From Pseudomonadota bacterium (GTDB taxonomy: Bacteria; Pseudomonadota; Gammaproteobacteria; JAKAQQ01): DNA of 64,000 bases. The notes beneath the pieces were generated by a model, which was not told the origin of the DNA, searched no databases, and saw only the letters and a list, made by a program, of their open reading frames with translations. Of this stretch, positions 30,037-40,466 are shown in pieces (position 1 is the first letter of the stretch; every line of letters begins with the position of its first letter). A program made the translations under genes and the position numbers. The DNA lies in assembly GCA_027320085.1 (NCBI GenBank), contig DAHVLZ010000009.1:1-64000 (forward strand). Reading direction: 5' to 3'.

Positions 30037-31187
30037 CCGGCCTCTCCCAGAATTCCCGAAAGGGCATCGAGGAAGCAATCCACGGATCGGGGCCTCAGGG
30101 TGAGTGGCGGCAACAGTCTTGTCACGAAAGGATCCCGGCTCGGGCCGGCCAGGAACCCACGTGAAAACAGTTCGTCACAGAGCCAACGACCTGCCCGCGG
30201 GCTTTGGATCCCCAGGAGGAACCCGCGTCCCAATGCAGTGCATCCGGGTAGCTGGTTGATGGCGGTCATCAGTTTTTGACTAAGCTCCCGGACCGAATGC
30301 AGGCAGTCCTCCCGTTCCAACACCTCGAATGTCGCAAGCAAGGCGGCCATGGCCACGGGCCCGCCTCCGAAGGTGCTGCCGAGATCATGGGCTTCCAGTT
30401 CCGAGGCGATGTCGGCGGTGACGGTAGTCGCCGCTACGGGGATTCCGGACGCCAACCCCTTGGCCAAAGTCACCATGTCCGGCTCCAGTCCTGTTCGACT
30501 GGCGCAGAACCAAGTCCCGGTTCTCCCGAGCCCGGTCTGGATCTCGTCGAAAATGACGAGGCAGCCCGCCGCATGAGCACGCGCGATGAGTTCCCCGAGC
30601 CAGGCATCCGGAGCGACGCGGACTCCACCCATCGACTGAATCGGTTCTAGAATCACGGCTGCAGCCTGGTGAAAATCAACGCCATCCCAGGCGGCCGGCT
30701 CGGCGAACGGCAACCAGTCGACATGGGGCGCATAACGGGCAAAGGGTCCATTGAGGCGTGGATCATCAGTAACCGCGAGCGTGAGGGCGGTTCGGCCATG
30801 GAAAGAGCCGCGAAACGCGATCAGACGTTCTCTTCCCGTCAGTTTGAGTGCAATCTTGAGCGCATTCTCATTGGCTTCGGCCCCAGAATTGCAGAAGAAC
30901 ACCCGGCTGAGACGGTCGGGGAGGTGCGCCACCAGGGTCGCCGCAGCCCGTTCCCGAACGTTCAGGCGGGTCGAGGTTGAGTAGAAAATGAGTTTCCGCA
31001 TCTCCCGGTTGATGGCTCTCCGTATATGCGGATGGGCATGGCCCGTGAGGGCGACGGCGTGTCCGCCGTAAAAATCGTAGAACACACGGCCCCCACGATC
31101 CCAAACCCGGTCATTGCGACCCCGAACAATTTCAATGGGCCAGACCGGACCTTGCCCCAAAAGCTGCGGGGATATATCGGAAGGCAT
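30033..31187 (-). CDS. argD: Acetyl/succinylornithine aminotransferase
   Basis: DFYGGHAV, FCNSGAEANENALK, SFHGRT, FDEIQTGLGRTG, TLAKGLASG, GSTFGG. Confidence 0.92.
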   Translation of the reverse strand: MPSDISPQLLGQGPVWPIEIVRGRNDRVWDRGGRVFYDFYGGHAVALTGHAHPHIRRAINREMRKLIFYSTSTRLNVRERAAATLVAHLPDRLSRVFFCNSGAEANENALKIALKLTGRERLIAFRGSFHGRTALTLAVTDDPRLNGPFARYAPHVDWLPFAEPAAWDGVDFHQAAAVILEPIQSMGGVRVAPDAWLGELIARAHAAGCLVIFDEIQTGLGRTGTWFCASRTGLEPDMVTLAKGLASGIPVAATTVTADIASELEAHDLGSTFGGGPVAMAALLATFEVLEREDCLHSVRELSQKLMTAINQLPGCTALGRGFLLGIQSPRAGRWLCDELFSRGFLAGPSRDPFVTRLLPPLTLRPRSVDCFLDALSGILGEAG

Positions 31188-31194
31188 AATTTTA

Positions 31195-31313
31195 TTTGCA
31201 TATTAATGGATACTGTTAGTATTATATTCAACCAGTTGAATCGTGTCAACCTGTTTTGTATTATCTATATTCGTATTTTTTACTTTGAGTATTCATCTGA
31301 TATAAAATTCATT
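31195..31313. promoter_or_regulatory. AT-rich divergent argD/argR control region with ARG boxes
   Basis: TTTGCATATTAATGGATA (31195-31212), GTTAGTATTATATTCAAC (31215-31232) and TCTGATATAAAATTCATT (31296-31313) resemble WNTGAATWWWWATTCANW. Confidence 0.7.
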
Positions 31314-31314
31314 C

Positions 31315-31737
31315 ATGACAAACGAAAACACAGACGACATCCTGCTTGCGCTCGTCATGGAAGAGACGATCACCGACCAGGAAACCATGCGGGCTCGGCT
31401 ACGGGAACGCGGAGTTAACCTGACCCAGCCCACACTCTCCCGTCGTCTCGCCCGCCTTTCCATCCGCAAGGTTCATGGCCGCTATGCCCACTATGAACCG
31501 TTGCGCAAAACCAGCCCCCTCTACTTCGAAGTGGAGCTCTCCCCTCCCAATCTCTTGGTGATCCGGACGGCACCGGGATTTGCCCAAGCCTTGGGGCTCA
31601 AAATCGACCAGCTCAAGCTGGAGGGGATCGCCGGCTCACTGGCCGGAGATGACACCGTTTTTGTTGCAGTCCGCCGCCCACAGATCTTGGAAGAAATCCA
31701 GGCCCGCCTCGAATCATTTCTGGGGCAACCGGCTTGA
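31315..31737 (+). CDS. argR: Arginine repressor
   Basis: TQPTLSR, VIRTAPGFAQ, GSLAGDDTVFV. Confidence 0.93.
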   Translation: MTNENTDDILLALVMEETITDQETMRARLRERGVNLTQPTLSRRLARLSIRKVHGRYAHYEPLRKTSPLYFEVELSPPNLLVIRTAPGFAQALGLKIDQLKLEGIAGSLAGDDTVFVAVRRPQILEEIQARLESFLGQPA

Positions 31738-31822
31738 ACTGCGCCCCCCCGGGGTACCGGATCGCCCACCGAAAACTGGGCCTCCTGTTTCCTGAAGGAG
31801 AGATGGGGAAACCCAAAGATTC

Positions 31823-32335
31823 ATGAAGAATCCGATCCGGCAGGCCGCCCACAAAATCCGGGAACTCTTGGTGCAGGGGCTCACCCCGGAGAGAATCACC
31901 CTGACCGTGGTGTCAGGAGCCTTTCTGGGGATCAACCCGGCAATCGGGACCACCACATTCCTTTGCACACTGATCGCGCTCGGTCTCGGACTCAACTTGC
32001 CGTTGATCCAGATCATGAACTACGCGGTTTATCCGCTCGAAATCCTCTTTCTCGTGCCCTTCATTGGACTGGGTCATTGGCTCGTGAGCGGACATCCACT
32101 CTCGCTCACCCGCGCCGAGATCCTGTCCCGTTTCCACGCCGGGTGGATACCTGCCCTGGAACAGTTGTGGGCTTACCTCCTCGAGGGTCTCCTCGGGTGG
32201 CTCGTGGTAAGCCTGCTTTTGGCGCCTATCTGCTACTGGGTTCTCTCGCGGCTGCTCAGACGGCTGCGACCCGCACCCCCGGGGTCCGGGGATTCTCCCC
32301 CTCTGCTCGCGGTTCCGAGGAAGCAAGATAAATGA
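31823..32335 (+). CDS. DUF2062-family membrane protein
   Basis: QGLTPERITL, P.IGTTT.LC, LNLP.IQ..NY..YPL. Confidence 0.75.
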   Translation: MKNPIRQAAHKIRELLVQGLTPERITLTVVSGAFLGINPAIGTTTFLCTLIALGLGLNLPLIQIMNYAVYPLEILFLVPFIGLGHWLVSGHPLSLTRAEILSRFHAGWIPALEQLWAYLLEGLLGWLVVSLLLAPICYWVLSRLLRRLRPAPPGSGDSPPLLAVPRKQDK

Positions 32336-33101
32336 CGGAAGCCATCCGGCCCGTCATGCCCTCGCGCCGGTAAGAATAAAAAAGTTCGGGATGCCTGAAG
32401 GTCCCGAACGGACCGTGGCCGATCCAGCCGACGCCTCGTCGTTCCAGACGCGCATGAGCCAGGGCTGCAAGATCCACCCCGAAATGTTCCGGACGGGCCC
32501 GAGGCAGGAAAAACCTTAGATCCTCCGGTCTTGTAAACACCTCCCGCACACCCGGCCCGGTCTCATAGCAGTCCCCCTCAATGCCAGGCCCGATCCAGGC
32601 CACGAGTTCCGACGGATCACGCCCCATCGCCTCCAGAGTCGCCTCCAGCACACCCTGTGCGAGCCCCCGCCAGCCCGCATGGGCCACCGCCACACGGCAA
32701 CCATTCCGGTCCGCGAAAAAAACGGGTAGACAATCTGCCGTTAGCACGGCAAGCACCACACCCGGAATGGCAGTCGTGGCTGCATCGGCACACTCCGGTG
32801 GAGCGGAACCCGCCGGCTCCCGGGCGTCGACCACACGAGACCCGTGCACTTGTGTGAGCCAATCTGGCTCGGCGGGCAAATCCAGTGCGGAAATCAGATG
32901 CCTCCGATTCCGGATGACCACACCCGGGTCATCGCCCACATGAGTGGCCAGATTGAGTGAGGCGTAAGGTTCCACACTGTGACCACCCTGACGGGTGGTC
33001 ACAAAGGCGCGCACCGTGGCAGGGACCGGCCAGACCGGTTCCAGGCAAAGCAGGGACCGTGAACACCGCCACCGGTAATCCGCCCCCTGATGCTCCGTCA
33101 T
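32256..33101 (-). CDS. pgeF: PgeF/YfiH purine nucleoside phosphorylase / peptidoglycan editing factor
   Basis: TTRQGG.S, LNLATHVGD, QVHGS, TADCLPV, HAGWRG, FYSYRR; start approximate. Confidence 0.93.
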   Translation of the reverse strand: MTEHQGADYRWRCSRSLLCLEPVWPVPATVRAFVTTRQGGHSVEPYASLNLATHVGDDPGVVIRNRRHLISALDLPAEPDWLTQVHGSRVVDAREPAGSAPPECADAATTAIPGVVLAVLTADCLPVFFADRNGCRVAVAHAGWRGLAQGVLEATLEAMGRDPSELVAWIGPGIEGDCYETGPGVREVFTRPEDLRFFLPRARPEHFGVDLAALAHARLERRGVGWIGHGPFGTFRHPELFYSYRREGMTGRMASVIYLASSEPRAEGENPRTPGVRVAAV

Positions 33102-33140
33102 GGCGCACACTCCCGCTCGAAAAACAGACCCGGGAAAACC

Positions 33141-34166
33141 CTACGCATGGTGCACGCCGGCTTCCGCCGCCCGGATCAGCCCGAGCAAATCCTCGAGGTC
33201 CTGCGGGAGCGGAGCCTCCCACTCACAGGGTTCGCGCGTCCCCGGATGCCTGAACGACAGCGACTGGGCATGCAGCGCCTGGCGTGAAAAAGTGCGGACC
33301 GCCTCTCGCACTTCGGCACACATCCCGCGCGCGCTGCGTGATCGTCCTCCATAGAGGGGATCGCCGACCAGGGGGTAGCCGACATGCGCAAGATGAACCC
33401 GGATCTGGTGAGTGCGTCCGGTCCCCAGTGACGCTTCGATCAGACAGGCTCCCGTGAACCGTTCACGGATTCGGAAGGTGGTATCCGCCGGTTTGCCGGA
33501 GGGTACAACGGCGCGCCGCTGCCGGTTCCGTCGATCGCGTCCCAGTGGAGCTTCGATCTTCTGCCCTGCCGTCGGTTCTCCCAAAACCAGCGCCCAATAG
33601 ACCCGCCGCACCTCCCGTGCGGCGATGGCGCGGGTCAGTCGAGTGTGCGCGGGTTCATTGCGGGCGATCACGAGAAGACCGGAGGTGTCCTTGTCCAGAC
33701 GGTGCACGAGCCCCCCCCTCGGAACCCGGTCCAGCTCGGGATACCGGTACAAGAGCCCATTGAGGAGGGTCCCGCCGTGGTGGCCGGCTCCGGGATGCAC
33801 CACCAGTCCTGCCGGTTTATTCACCACAATGAGGTCCGCATCCTCCCAGACTACGGTCAATCCCATGGGTTCTGGTCCGGCCGGAGCGCGGGATAAGGGT
33901 TCGCCGAAATCGACTTCGAGGCTCTCGTCGGCCTTCACCCGACGACTGGGGAGGGCCGCACGACCCGACAGCCGGACCCGTCCCTCACGAACCAGTTCTG
34001 CGAGACGGCTACGTGAAAATCCGGGATAGAGCTCAGCCAGTACCTGATCCAGCCGACGGCCGGCACAAGAAACCGGGATCCGGACCAAACGGGCCGGAAT
34101 TTCCGGGGGAGCGTTCTTCCGCGCTATACTTTCCACTTCCCTGCATCCGGGCTCCTCACCGTCCAT
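33141..34166 (-). CDS. rluD: 23S rRNA pseudouridine synthase D
   Basis: S4 domain RLDQ, NKPAGLVVHPGAG, HRLDKDTSG, TGRTHQIRVH; start uncertain. Confidence 0.94.
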   Translation of the reverse strand: MDGEEPGCREVESIARKNAPPEIPARLVRIPVSCAGRRLDQVLAELYPGFSRSRLAELVREGRVRLSGRAALPSRRVKADESLEVDFGEPLSRAPAGPEPMGLTVVWEDADLIVVNKPAGLVVHPGAGHHGGTLLNGLLYRYPELDRVPRGGLVHRLDKDTSGLLVIARNEPAHTRLTRAIAAREVRRVYWALVLGEPTAGQKIEAPLGRDRRNRQRRAVVPSGKPADTTFRIRERFTGACLIEASLGTGRTHQIRVHLAHVGYPLVGDPLYGGRSRSARGMCAEVREAVRTFSRQALHAQSLSFRHPGTREPCEWEAPLPQDLEDLLGLIRAAEAGVHHA

Positions 34167-34917
34167 GAGTCACCGACGTTTTCGCGTTGCCACCCTCACG
34201 GCCCTTGCCACCCTGATCCTGGCGGGTTGTGCGGGCACGCCACACCCCTCTGCCCGTCCCACCGCCCTCTCGCTTTACGAACATGGCCGTCACGCACTGG
34301 AGGCGGCTAATTTCAAGGCAGCAGAAGGCTATTTCCGCAGCCTCAAAGCCGACTACCCGTTCAAGCGCTATGCCCGAGAAGCGGCTCTTTACCTCATTTA
34401 TACGCACTTTATGGCCGGCCATAACCATGAGGCGGCCAACACGGCCCGTCGTTTTATCCAGGAACATCCCCGTAGTCCCGATGCCCCCTACGCCTACTTC
34501 ATGGTCGCCGTCTCTGAATCCCAGATTCCCCTCAACTTCGTCGACCGCCTGTTCGGGGCCAATCCTGCCAAACGGAACATCCAGAACCTGAGGGCTGCTT
34601 TCAACGACTATAAGAAACTCCTGCTCCACTTTCCCCGCTCGCCCTATTCGCTGTACGGCCGTTTCGAGATGAACCGGATCCGTAACCGGATCGCCGAACA
34701 TGACCTCTATGTCGCGCGCTTCCTCCTGGACAAAGGTGCTTTCGTCGCCTCTGCCAATCGCGCGGCCGATATCGTCCGGAGACTGGGGATGACCCCTTCG
34801 GCTCCCGACGCCCTCAAGATCCTGATCCGGGACTACCGGCATCTGGACGAGCCGATCCTGGCGCTCCAAGCGGAAGCGCTCCTCAAAGTCGCGCGCAACG
34901 CTCATTCACGCTCCTGA
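34165..34917 (+). CDS. bamD: Outer-membrane assembly lipoprotein BamD/ComL
   Basis: Lipobox LAGC, TPR motifs (YPF..YA..A.L), divergent from rluD. Confidence 0.9.
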   Translation: MSHRRFRVATLTALATLILAGCAGTPHPSARPTALSLYEHGRHALEAANFKAAEGYFRSLKADYPFKRYAREAALYLIYTHFMAGHNHEAANTARRFIQEHPRSPDAPYAYFMVAVSESQIPLNFVDRLFGANPAKRNIQNLRAAFNDYKKLLLHFPRSPYSLYGRFEMNRIRNRIAEHDLYVARFLLDKGAFVASANRAADIVRRLGMTPSAPDALKILIRDYRHLDEPILALQAEALLKVARNAHSRS

Positions 34918-36585
34918 CCGCGGCTCCTCCGGCAGCTTTTGGCCAGCTTCCACCGCGATATCAAATCCCGAGGTCACAGGGTAGCGACGCTCAACCCCGA
35001 AGGCACGGGAGGTGATTTTGACTCCCAACGCGGCCTGGCGCCGTTTGTACTCGTTCGCAGCCACGCGCCTGAGCACTTTCCGGACCGCTGAGGGATTACC
35101 CAGACGACCGGCGATCTCCGCGAAAGGCCGCTCGGCCTCGATCCATGCTTCCAAGATCGGATCAAGATCCTCGTAGGCCGGCAGGGTATCCCGGTCCTTC
35201 TGCCCTTCCCTCAGCTCAGCCGTGGGCTCGCGTTCCAGAACCGCCCGTGGGATCACCGGCGAAATTCCGTTGCGGTAACGGGCCAGGTCAAAAACCAGGG
35301 TTTTCGGCACATCGGCCAACGGAGCAAACCCACCCACCATGTCACCGTAGAGGGTCGTGTACCCCATGGCCATCTCACTCTTGTTGCCGGTCGCAAGAAC
35401 GATCCGTCCACTCGCATTGGACAGGGCCATGAGTAAAACGCCACGGATCCGTGCCTGAAGGTTTTCTGAAACAATCGAACGGTCGGTCGGCATGCCGGAG
35501 GGTTCCAGGACCTTCCGGAACGCTTCAAGGATCGGTTCAATGGGTAACTCGAGGGTCTGGATACCCAGGATTTTCGACTCTTCGAGTGCCGCCATACGAG
35601 AAAGCTCTGACGTGTAGCGAGAGGGCATGAGTACGCCCGTCACGGCCTCTGCTCCCAACGCATCCACCGCGATGGCCAGGACAAGTGATGAATCGATTCC
35701 ACCGGAGAGCCCGATGAGCACACCCGGAAACCCGTTCTTCCCGACATAATCGGCCACGGCCATCCGGAGTGCCGGATAGACCGAGTCGGCCACCCCCGGG
35801 GTTGGCTCCGGATCAGGTGCTTCAAGCCGGATGGCTTCCCCCTGCTTCCGGACCCCGACCGGCCACAGCGCCCGGGTACAGCCTGGGGCCCGGGAGACGA
35901 TGCTGGAGCCTGGGTTTAAGGCGAGCGAGGCCCCGTCGAACACGAGTTCGTCCTGTCCGCCAACGAGATTGGTGCAGACGAGCGGGATCCCGGTTTCTTT
36001 GACCCGCGAGGCGAACACGCGTTCGCGTTCAGCCGCTTTTCCGATGCAGAAGGGAGAGGCACTGAGACCGACCAACAGCTTTGCACCCTGTGCCCGGCCG
36101 CCAGCCGCCGGTCCAGGCGCCCAAAGATCCTCGCAAATCAACAATGCGATCCGCATCCCACCATGGTCCCAGACCACCGTTTCCGTTCCCGCCACAAAGT
36201 AACGTTTCTCGTCAAAAACCCCGTAATTCGGCAAACACTGCTTGAACGCACACGCAACCACCCGGCCCCCGGTGATGACAGAGGCGGCATTGTAGATATG
36301 GGGTCCGTCGTAATGCGGATGGCCCACCACGATGGGCGGTCCCGGCCAAGCGGTCACGAGACGGGACAGACCGGCTTCGGCCTCGTGTCGGAAATCAGGC
36401 TGAAACAAAAGGTCACGCGGTGGATACCCGCACAGCACCAGTTCTGGAAAGACCGTAAGCCATGCTTGGTGCTTCTTTTGAGCCACCTGGGCCGCGTCTA
36501 GGATGGATCTGACATTGCCCGCAATATCCCCCACGCAGGGATTGATCTGGGCCAGTACGATCGTCCCGAGCGATGGCTCACGCAT
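34906..36585 (-). CDS. nadE: Glutamine-dependent NAD+ synthetase
   Basis: FPEL, LPNYGVFDEKRYF, ICEDLW, GLSGGIDS, ENLQARIRG, TGNKSE. Confidence 0.96.
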   Translation of the reverse strand: MREPSLGTIVLAQINPCVGDIAGNVRSILDAAQVAQKKHQAWLTVFPELVLCGYPPRDLLFQPDFRHEAEAGLSRLVTAWPGPPIVVGHPHYDGPHIYNAASVITGGRVVACAFKQCLPNYGVFDEKRYFVAGTETVVWDHGGMRIALLICEDLWAPGPAAGGRAQGAKLLVGLSASPFCIGKAAERERVFASRVKETGIPLVCTNLVGGQDELVFDGASLALNPGSSIVSRAPGCTRALWPVGVRKQGEAIRLEAPDPEPTPGVADSVYPALRMAVADYVGKNGFPGVLIGLSGGIDSSLVLAIAVDALGAEAVTGVLMPSRYTSELSRMAALEESKILGIQTLELPIEPILEAFRKVLEPSGMPTDRSIVSENLQARIRGVLLMALSNASGRIVLATGNKSEMAMGYTTLYGDMVGGFAPLADVPKTLVFDLARYRNGISPVIPRAVLEREPTAELREGQKDRDTLPAYEDLDPILEAWIEAERPFAEIAGRLGNPSAVRKVLRRVAANEYKRRQAALGVKITSRAFGVERRYPVTSGFDIAVEAGQKLPEEPRSGA

Positions 36586-36609
36586 GGTCTGTTCGATCGT
36601 CGGAGTAAC

Positions 36610-37488
36610 CTACCGCCGCTTCAGCCGATCACTCATCGCCTGTCCGATTTCGGCCGGGGAATGGACCACCGAAACAAAGGCCTCCTCGAAAGCCCGGTAT
36701 TTTTCGGCAGCGGTTCCGGTTCCCCCCGAAATGATGGCGCCCGCATGTCCCATGCGCTTTCCGGGCGGGGCCGTGACGCCTGCGACGTAGGCAACCACCG
36801 GCTTGGTGACGTGATCGCGGATATAGGCAGCCGCTTTTTCCTCGTCGTTGCCCCCGATCTCGCCCACGAGGACGATCCCCTCAGTCTCGGGATCCGCTTC
36901 GAACAGAGCCAGACAGTCAATGAACCCGATTCCGTGGATGGGATCCCCACCGATCCCGATACAGGTCGACTGTCCCAAACCGATTTCCGTGGTCTGGTGG
37001 ACGGCGACATAAGTCAGCGTTCCCGAGCGGGAGACAATTCCGATTCTCCCCCGGCGATGGATTGATCCCGGCATGATGCCCATCTTGCACCCCTCCGGGG
37101 TAATGATGCCCGGGCAGTTCGGGCCGATGAGACGGGTTTCCGGCCGGTTCCGGAGCGCAGTCTTGACCCGTACCATGTCAAGGGCGGGAATGTGCTCCGT
37201 GATGCAGACAATGAGCTGGATTCCGGCATCAACAGCTTCGAGAATGGCATCCGCCGCACCCGCTGCTGGCACAAAGATGAGACTGGCATGGGCCCCGGTC
37301 TCCTTGACAGCCTCACGGACCGTGTCGAACACGGGCCGATCCAGATGACGGGTCCCGCCACGTCCGGGTGTCACCCCGCCCACCAGACAGGTTCCGTACT
37401 GAATGGCCTGTTCACAATGAAAGGTCCCTTGGCGACCGGTAAAACCTTGGCAGATCACTCGTGTTTCACGATCGACGAGCACGCTCAT
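36610..37488 (-). CDS. sucD: Succinyl-CoA synthetase alpha subunit
   Basis: [29 protein letters not shown]. Confidence 0.98.
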   Translation of the reverse strand: MSVLVDRETRVICQGFTGRQGTFHCEQAIQYGTCLVGGVTPGRGGTRHLDRPVFDTVREAVKETGAHASLIFVPAAGAADAILEAVDAGIQLIVCITEHIPALDMVRVKTALRNRPETRLIGPNCPGIITPEGCKMGIMPGSIHRRGRIGIVSRSGTLTYVAVHQTTEIGLGQSTCIGIGGDPIHGIGFIDCLALFEADPETEGIVLVGEIGGNDEEKAAAYIRDHVTKPVVAYVAGVTAPPGKRMGHAGAIISGGTGTAAEKYRAFEEAFVSVVHSPAEIGQAMSDRLKRR

Positions 37489-38654
37489 GCCGCACCCCCG
37501 GCGGCACGGACCGCTCTCTCGGCTGCATGGGTCAACCCGGATGCCGTCTCGATCGGCAATCGGCTCTCGACAAACATCCGCCGACCTTCCTCTGCCCGTG
37601 TTCCCTCCAACTGGACAATCACGGGGACATCCGGCGCCACTTCCTTGAAGGCCGCAATGATCCCCTCCGCAATCAGGTCACAACGCACGATTCCCCCGAA
37701 AATATTGACGAAGATCGATCGAACCCGGGGATTGGCCCGAAAAATCCGGAATGCCTCGGTTACCCGGGCCGCGGTCGCGTCCCCACCCACGTCCAGGAAA
37801 TTGGCCGGCTGGCCGCCCTTGAGCTGGATCAGGTCCATGGTTGCCATGGCCAGTCCCGCGCCATTGACCATGCACGCAATGTCACCCTCCAATGCCACAT
37901 AGTTGAGACCGGCCTGGGTCGCTTCGTTCTCCGCCGGGTCCCGCTGGCTGGGGTCATCCAGCGCGGCGAGTTCCACATGACGGCCGAGCGCGTTGTCATC
38001 CAGGTTGACCTTGGCGTCCAAGGCACGCAGTTCTCCTCCTCGGGTCACGATCAGGGGGTTGATCTCGATGAGAGACGCATCCGACTCCCGCATGCACCGC
38101 TCCAGTCCGGACAAGAGAGACGAAAGCGCCGTCAGTTGCTGGGGCGCCATCCGGAAGACCCCTCCCAAAATTCGAGTCACATAAGCCGGGACCCCGGGAT
38201 CGGGAGGCAGGGGAACCGTCGCGATTTTTTCCGGATCGGTCGCGGCCACCGTTTCGATTTCCATCCCTCCCTCGGAGGAGGCAATGAAACTCAGGCATTC
38301 CCGTGCACGGTCGACGACCAGGCTGAGATAGAGCTCCCGCCCGATATCCGAAGCCTCCTCGACCCAGACCGCATGGACAGGCAACCCCTCGGGTCCTGTC
38401 TGGTGGGTCTTGAGGCGTTGTCCAATGAGCCTCCCGGCCACCTCACCCACCGCGGCTGGTGAGCGGCAGACCTCGACCCCTCCCGCTTTGCCGCGACCTC
38501 CGGCATGGATCTGGGCCTTGACCACCCAGGTCGAACCGCCAAGCCGTTCGGCTGCCGCGACGGCTTCCACCGATGACCGGGCAACCAAACCGGAGGGAAC
38601 CGGGATTCCGAAACGGGAAAAAATTTCTTTGGCCTGGTACTCATGGAGGTTCAT
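37485..38654 (-). CDS. sucC: Succinyl-CoA synthetase beta subunit
   Basis: [44 protein letters not shown]. Confidence 0.98.
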   Translation of the reverse strand: MNLHEYQAKEIFSRFGIPVPSGLVARSSVEAVAAAERLGGSTWVVKAQIHAGGRGKAGGVEVCRSPAAVGEVAGRLIGQRLKTHQTGPEGLPVHAVWVEEASDIGRELYLSLVVDRARECLSFIASSEGGMEIETVAATDPEKIATVPLPPDPGVPAYVTRILGGVFRMAPQQLTALSSLLSGLERCMRESDASLIEINPLIVTRGGELRALDAKVNLDDNALGRHVELAALDDPSQRDPAENEATQAGLNYVALEGDIACMVNGAGLAMATMDLIQLKGGQPANFLDVGGDATAARVTEAFRIFRANPRVRSIFVNIFGGIVRCDLIAEGIIAAFKEVAPDVPVIVQLEGTRAEEGRRMFVESRLPIETASGLTHAAERAVRAAGGAA

Positions 38655-38795
38655 GAAACCCACTCTTGGCAAACCGGGGACCCCTCTATTTTCGCTGATT
38701 TGCGATTCGATTGCCGGGAATCGGGGCTCCCCTGCGCTCTTCGGGCGGGAATGTGTATGATCATTCCCACCGATTGCCCGAACCGGCCTGACGGA

Positions 38796-40466
38796 ATGGC
38801 TGACTCCCCACCACCACTCCTCTCCACAACTCCCGAGGCAGCACCCTCGACCTCCCTGCTCCAAAAGGAACGGAGCGGGCACTCCAACCCTCAACGCACC
38901 CGCCGCCTGCTGTGGATCCTCACCGCCTACCGGTTCATGATGGGGTTCCTCCTCCTTCTCGCCACCATCGCTCGCTCCAGCTGGTTCCCCCTGTCCGGAA
39001 CCGCAGTCCAGCGGTTGCAGTGGATGGCGGGCGGATACCTGCTCTGGAGCCTGCTGCTCTTGGGCCTGAGGCTCGCCCTGCCTGCCCGCCTGCGACGATG
39101 GGAACCCCTCCTGGGACCGGTTACGGACCTGGCTTTCATTGCCGCACTGGCACAAGGCCATTTAGCCGCGGAATGGCTGCTCACCAGTAACCTCTTCATG
39201 ATTCCATTGGGGGTTGCGGCATCAATCCTGAATCTCGAGGGGAGTCTCGCACTGGCCTCGCTCACCAGTGTTTTCGTCCTCGCGCGCAGCTTTGAGAAGT
39301 GGCTGGCGGGTCAGGGAACCAATCCATTGCTTCATGCCGCCCTGTTTTCCATCCTGTTCTTTCTGATTACGCTGATCCTGTATTCGCTGGCGAACCGGGT
39401 CCGAATCACCGAAACCATCCTCGCCCGTCAAAAACTGGATCTGGACAACCTGTCCGAACTCAATGCCTATCTGGTCCAGCGGATGCCAACCGGGGTTGTG
39501 ATTTTCGACCGCGAGGACCGGGTCCGGTTCTTCAATGCAGCCGCTGCCCAATTGCTGAGCCTCCCGGGCGTGGATCCCAATCCTCACGCCCGGAACCTGC
39601 TTCGCTTCCTAAAAAGCCAGAAGAGCAACCAACCCCGGGTGGCTTCCCCCGTCATCACGCCAGTCGGTCGGTCGGTCTTGCCCGACCTCCGACCGATTGG
39701 TCAACAGGGTGCCATCCTGACCCTTGAGGACCTGAGCCAGCTCGAGTCCAAAATGCATGAACTGAAGCTACAGGCCATGGGCCGACTCACGGCCGCCATT
39801 GCCCATGAGATCAGAAACCCGCTGGCCGCGATCCGTCACGCGGCCCAGTTGCTCCACGAGTCCCAGCATCTCGATCCCGAAGACCGGCGGCTCAACCAGA
39901 TTACCCTCGACCAAGTCGAACGACTGAACCGCGTCATCGGCAACATCCTGACCCTCTCGCGACCCACCACCCGTCCGGCACAACCCCTAGAACTGGGCAT
40001 TTGGCTCGGGGGGTTCATGGAGGAATTCGCAAGCCGTCACGGCATGACTCCATCCTCCGGCCAAATCCGGTCGGTCGAGTTCGAAAAGCACCTCGAGGCA
40101 CAGGTGAGCCCGGACTTGTTGCACCAGATTGTCTGGAACCTGGCTGAGAACGCCTTGACCCACGGCGCTTCTCCAAGCCGGTCGGGACGGACTCTGGTTC
40201 TCTTCCGCTTGGATCGGCAACATCGGAAGGGGCAGGTGCGCCTGGGTGTCCTGGATCGGGGACCGGGAATCCCGGAAAACCTGCTCGAACGGATTTATGA
40301 TCCTTTCTACAGCACCTCCCCCCAAGGGACCGGATTGGGTCTGTTTATCGCACGCGAACTCTGCACGCTGAATGGGCTGAGCCTGCATTACCGTAAGCGA
40401 AAAAGCGGCGGAAGCGAGTTCTACATCCTTTTCTCCGACCCCCAGCCAGTGGCACCCCCCTTATGA
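38796..40466 (+). CDS. pilS: PilS-type sensor histidine kinase
   Basis: Six TM helices, PAS-like region, AHEIRNPL, NL.ENA, DRGPG, GTGLGL; start approximate. Confidence 0.85.
   Translation: MADSPPPLLSTTPEAAPSTSLLQKERSGHSNPQRTRRLLWILTAYRFMMGFLLLLATIARSSWFPLSGTAVQRLQWMAGGYLLWSLLLLGLRLALPARLRRWEPLLGPVTDLAFIAALAQGHLAAEWLLTSNLFMIPLGVAASILNLEGSLALASLTSVFVLARSFEKWLAGQGTNPLLHAALFSILFFLITLILYSLANRVRITETILARQKLDLDNLSELNAYLVQRMPTGVVIFDREDRVRFFNAAAAQLLSLPGVDPNPHARNLLRFLKSQKSNQPRVASPVITPVGRSVLPDLRPIGQQGAILTLEDLSQLESKMHELKLQAMGRLTAAIAHEIRNPLAAIRHAAQLLHESQHLDPEDRRLNQITLDQVERLNRVIGNILTLSRPTTRPAQPLELGIWLGGFMEEFASRHGMTPSSGQIRSVEFEKHLEAQVSPDLLHQIVWNLAENALTHGASPSRSGRTLVLFRLDRQHRKGQVRLGVLDRGPGIPENLLERIYDPFYSTSPQGTGLGLFIARELCTLNGLSLHYRKRKSGGSEFYILFSDPQPVAPPL

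Noticed and set aside
36610-38654. sucCD as a dedicated succinyl-CoA supply for the arg operon
   Set aside because: sucCD sits in a widely conserved pilSR-sucCD-nadE-bamD block, so proximity is probably incidental
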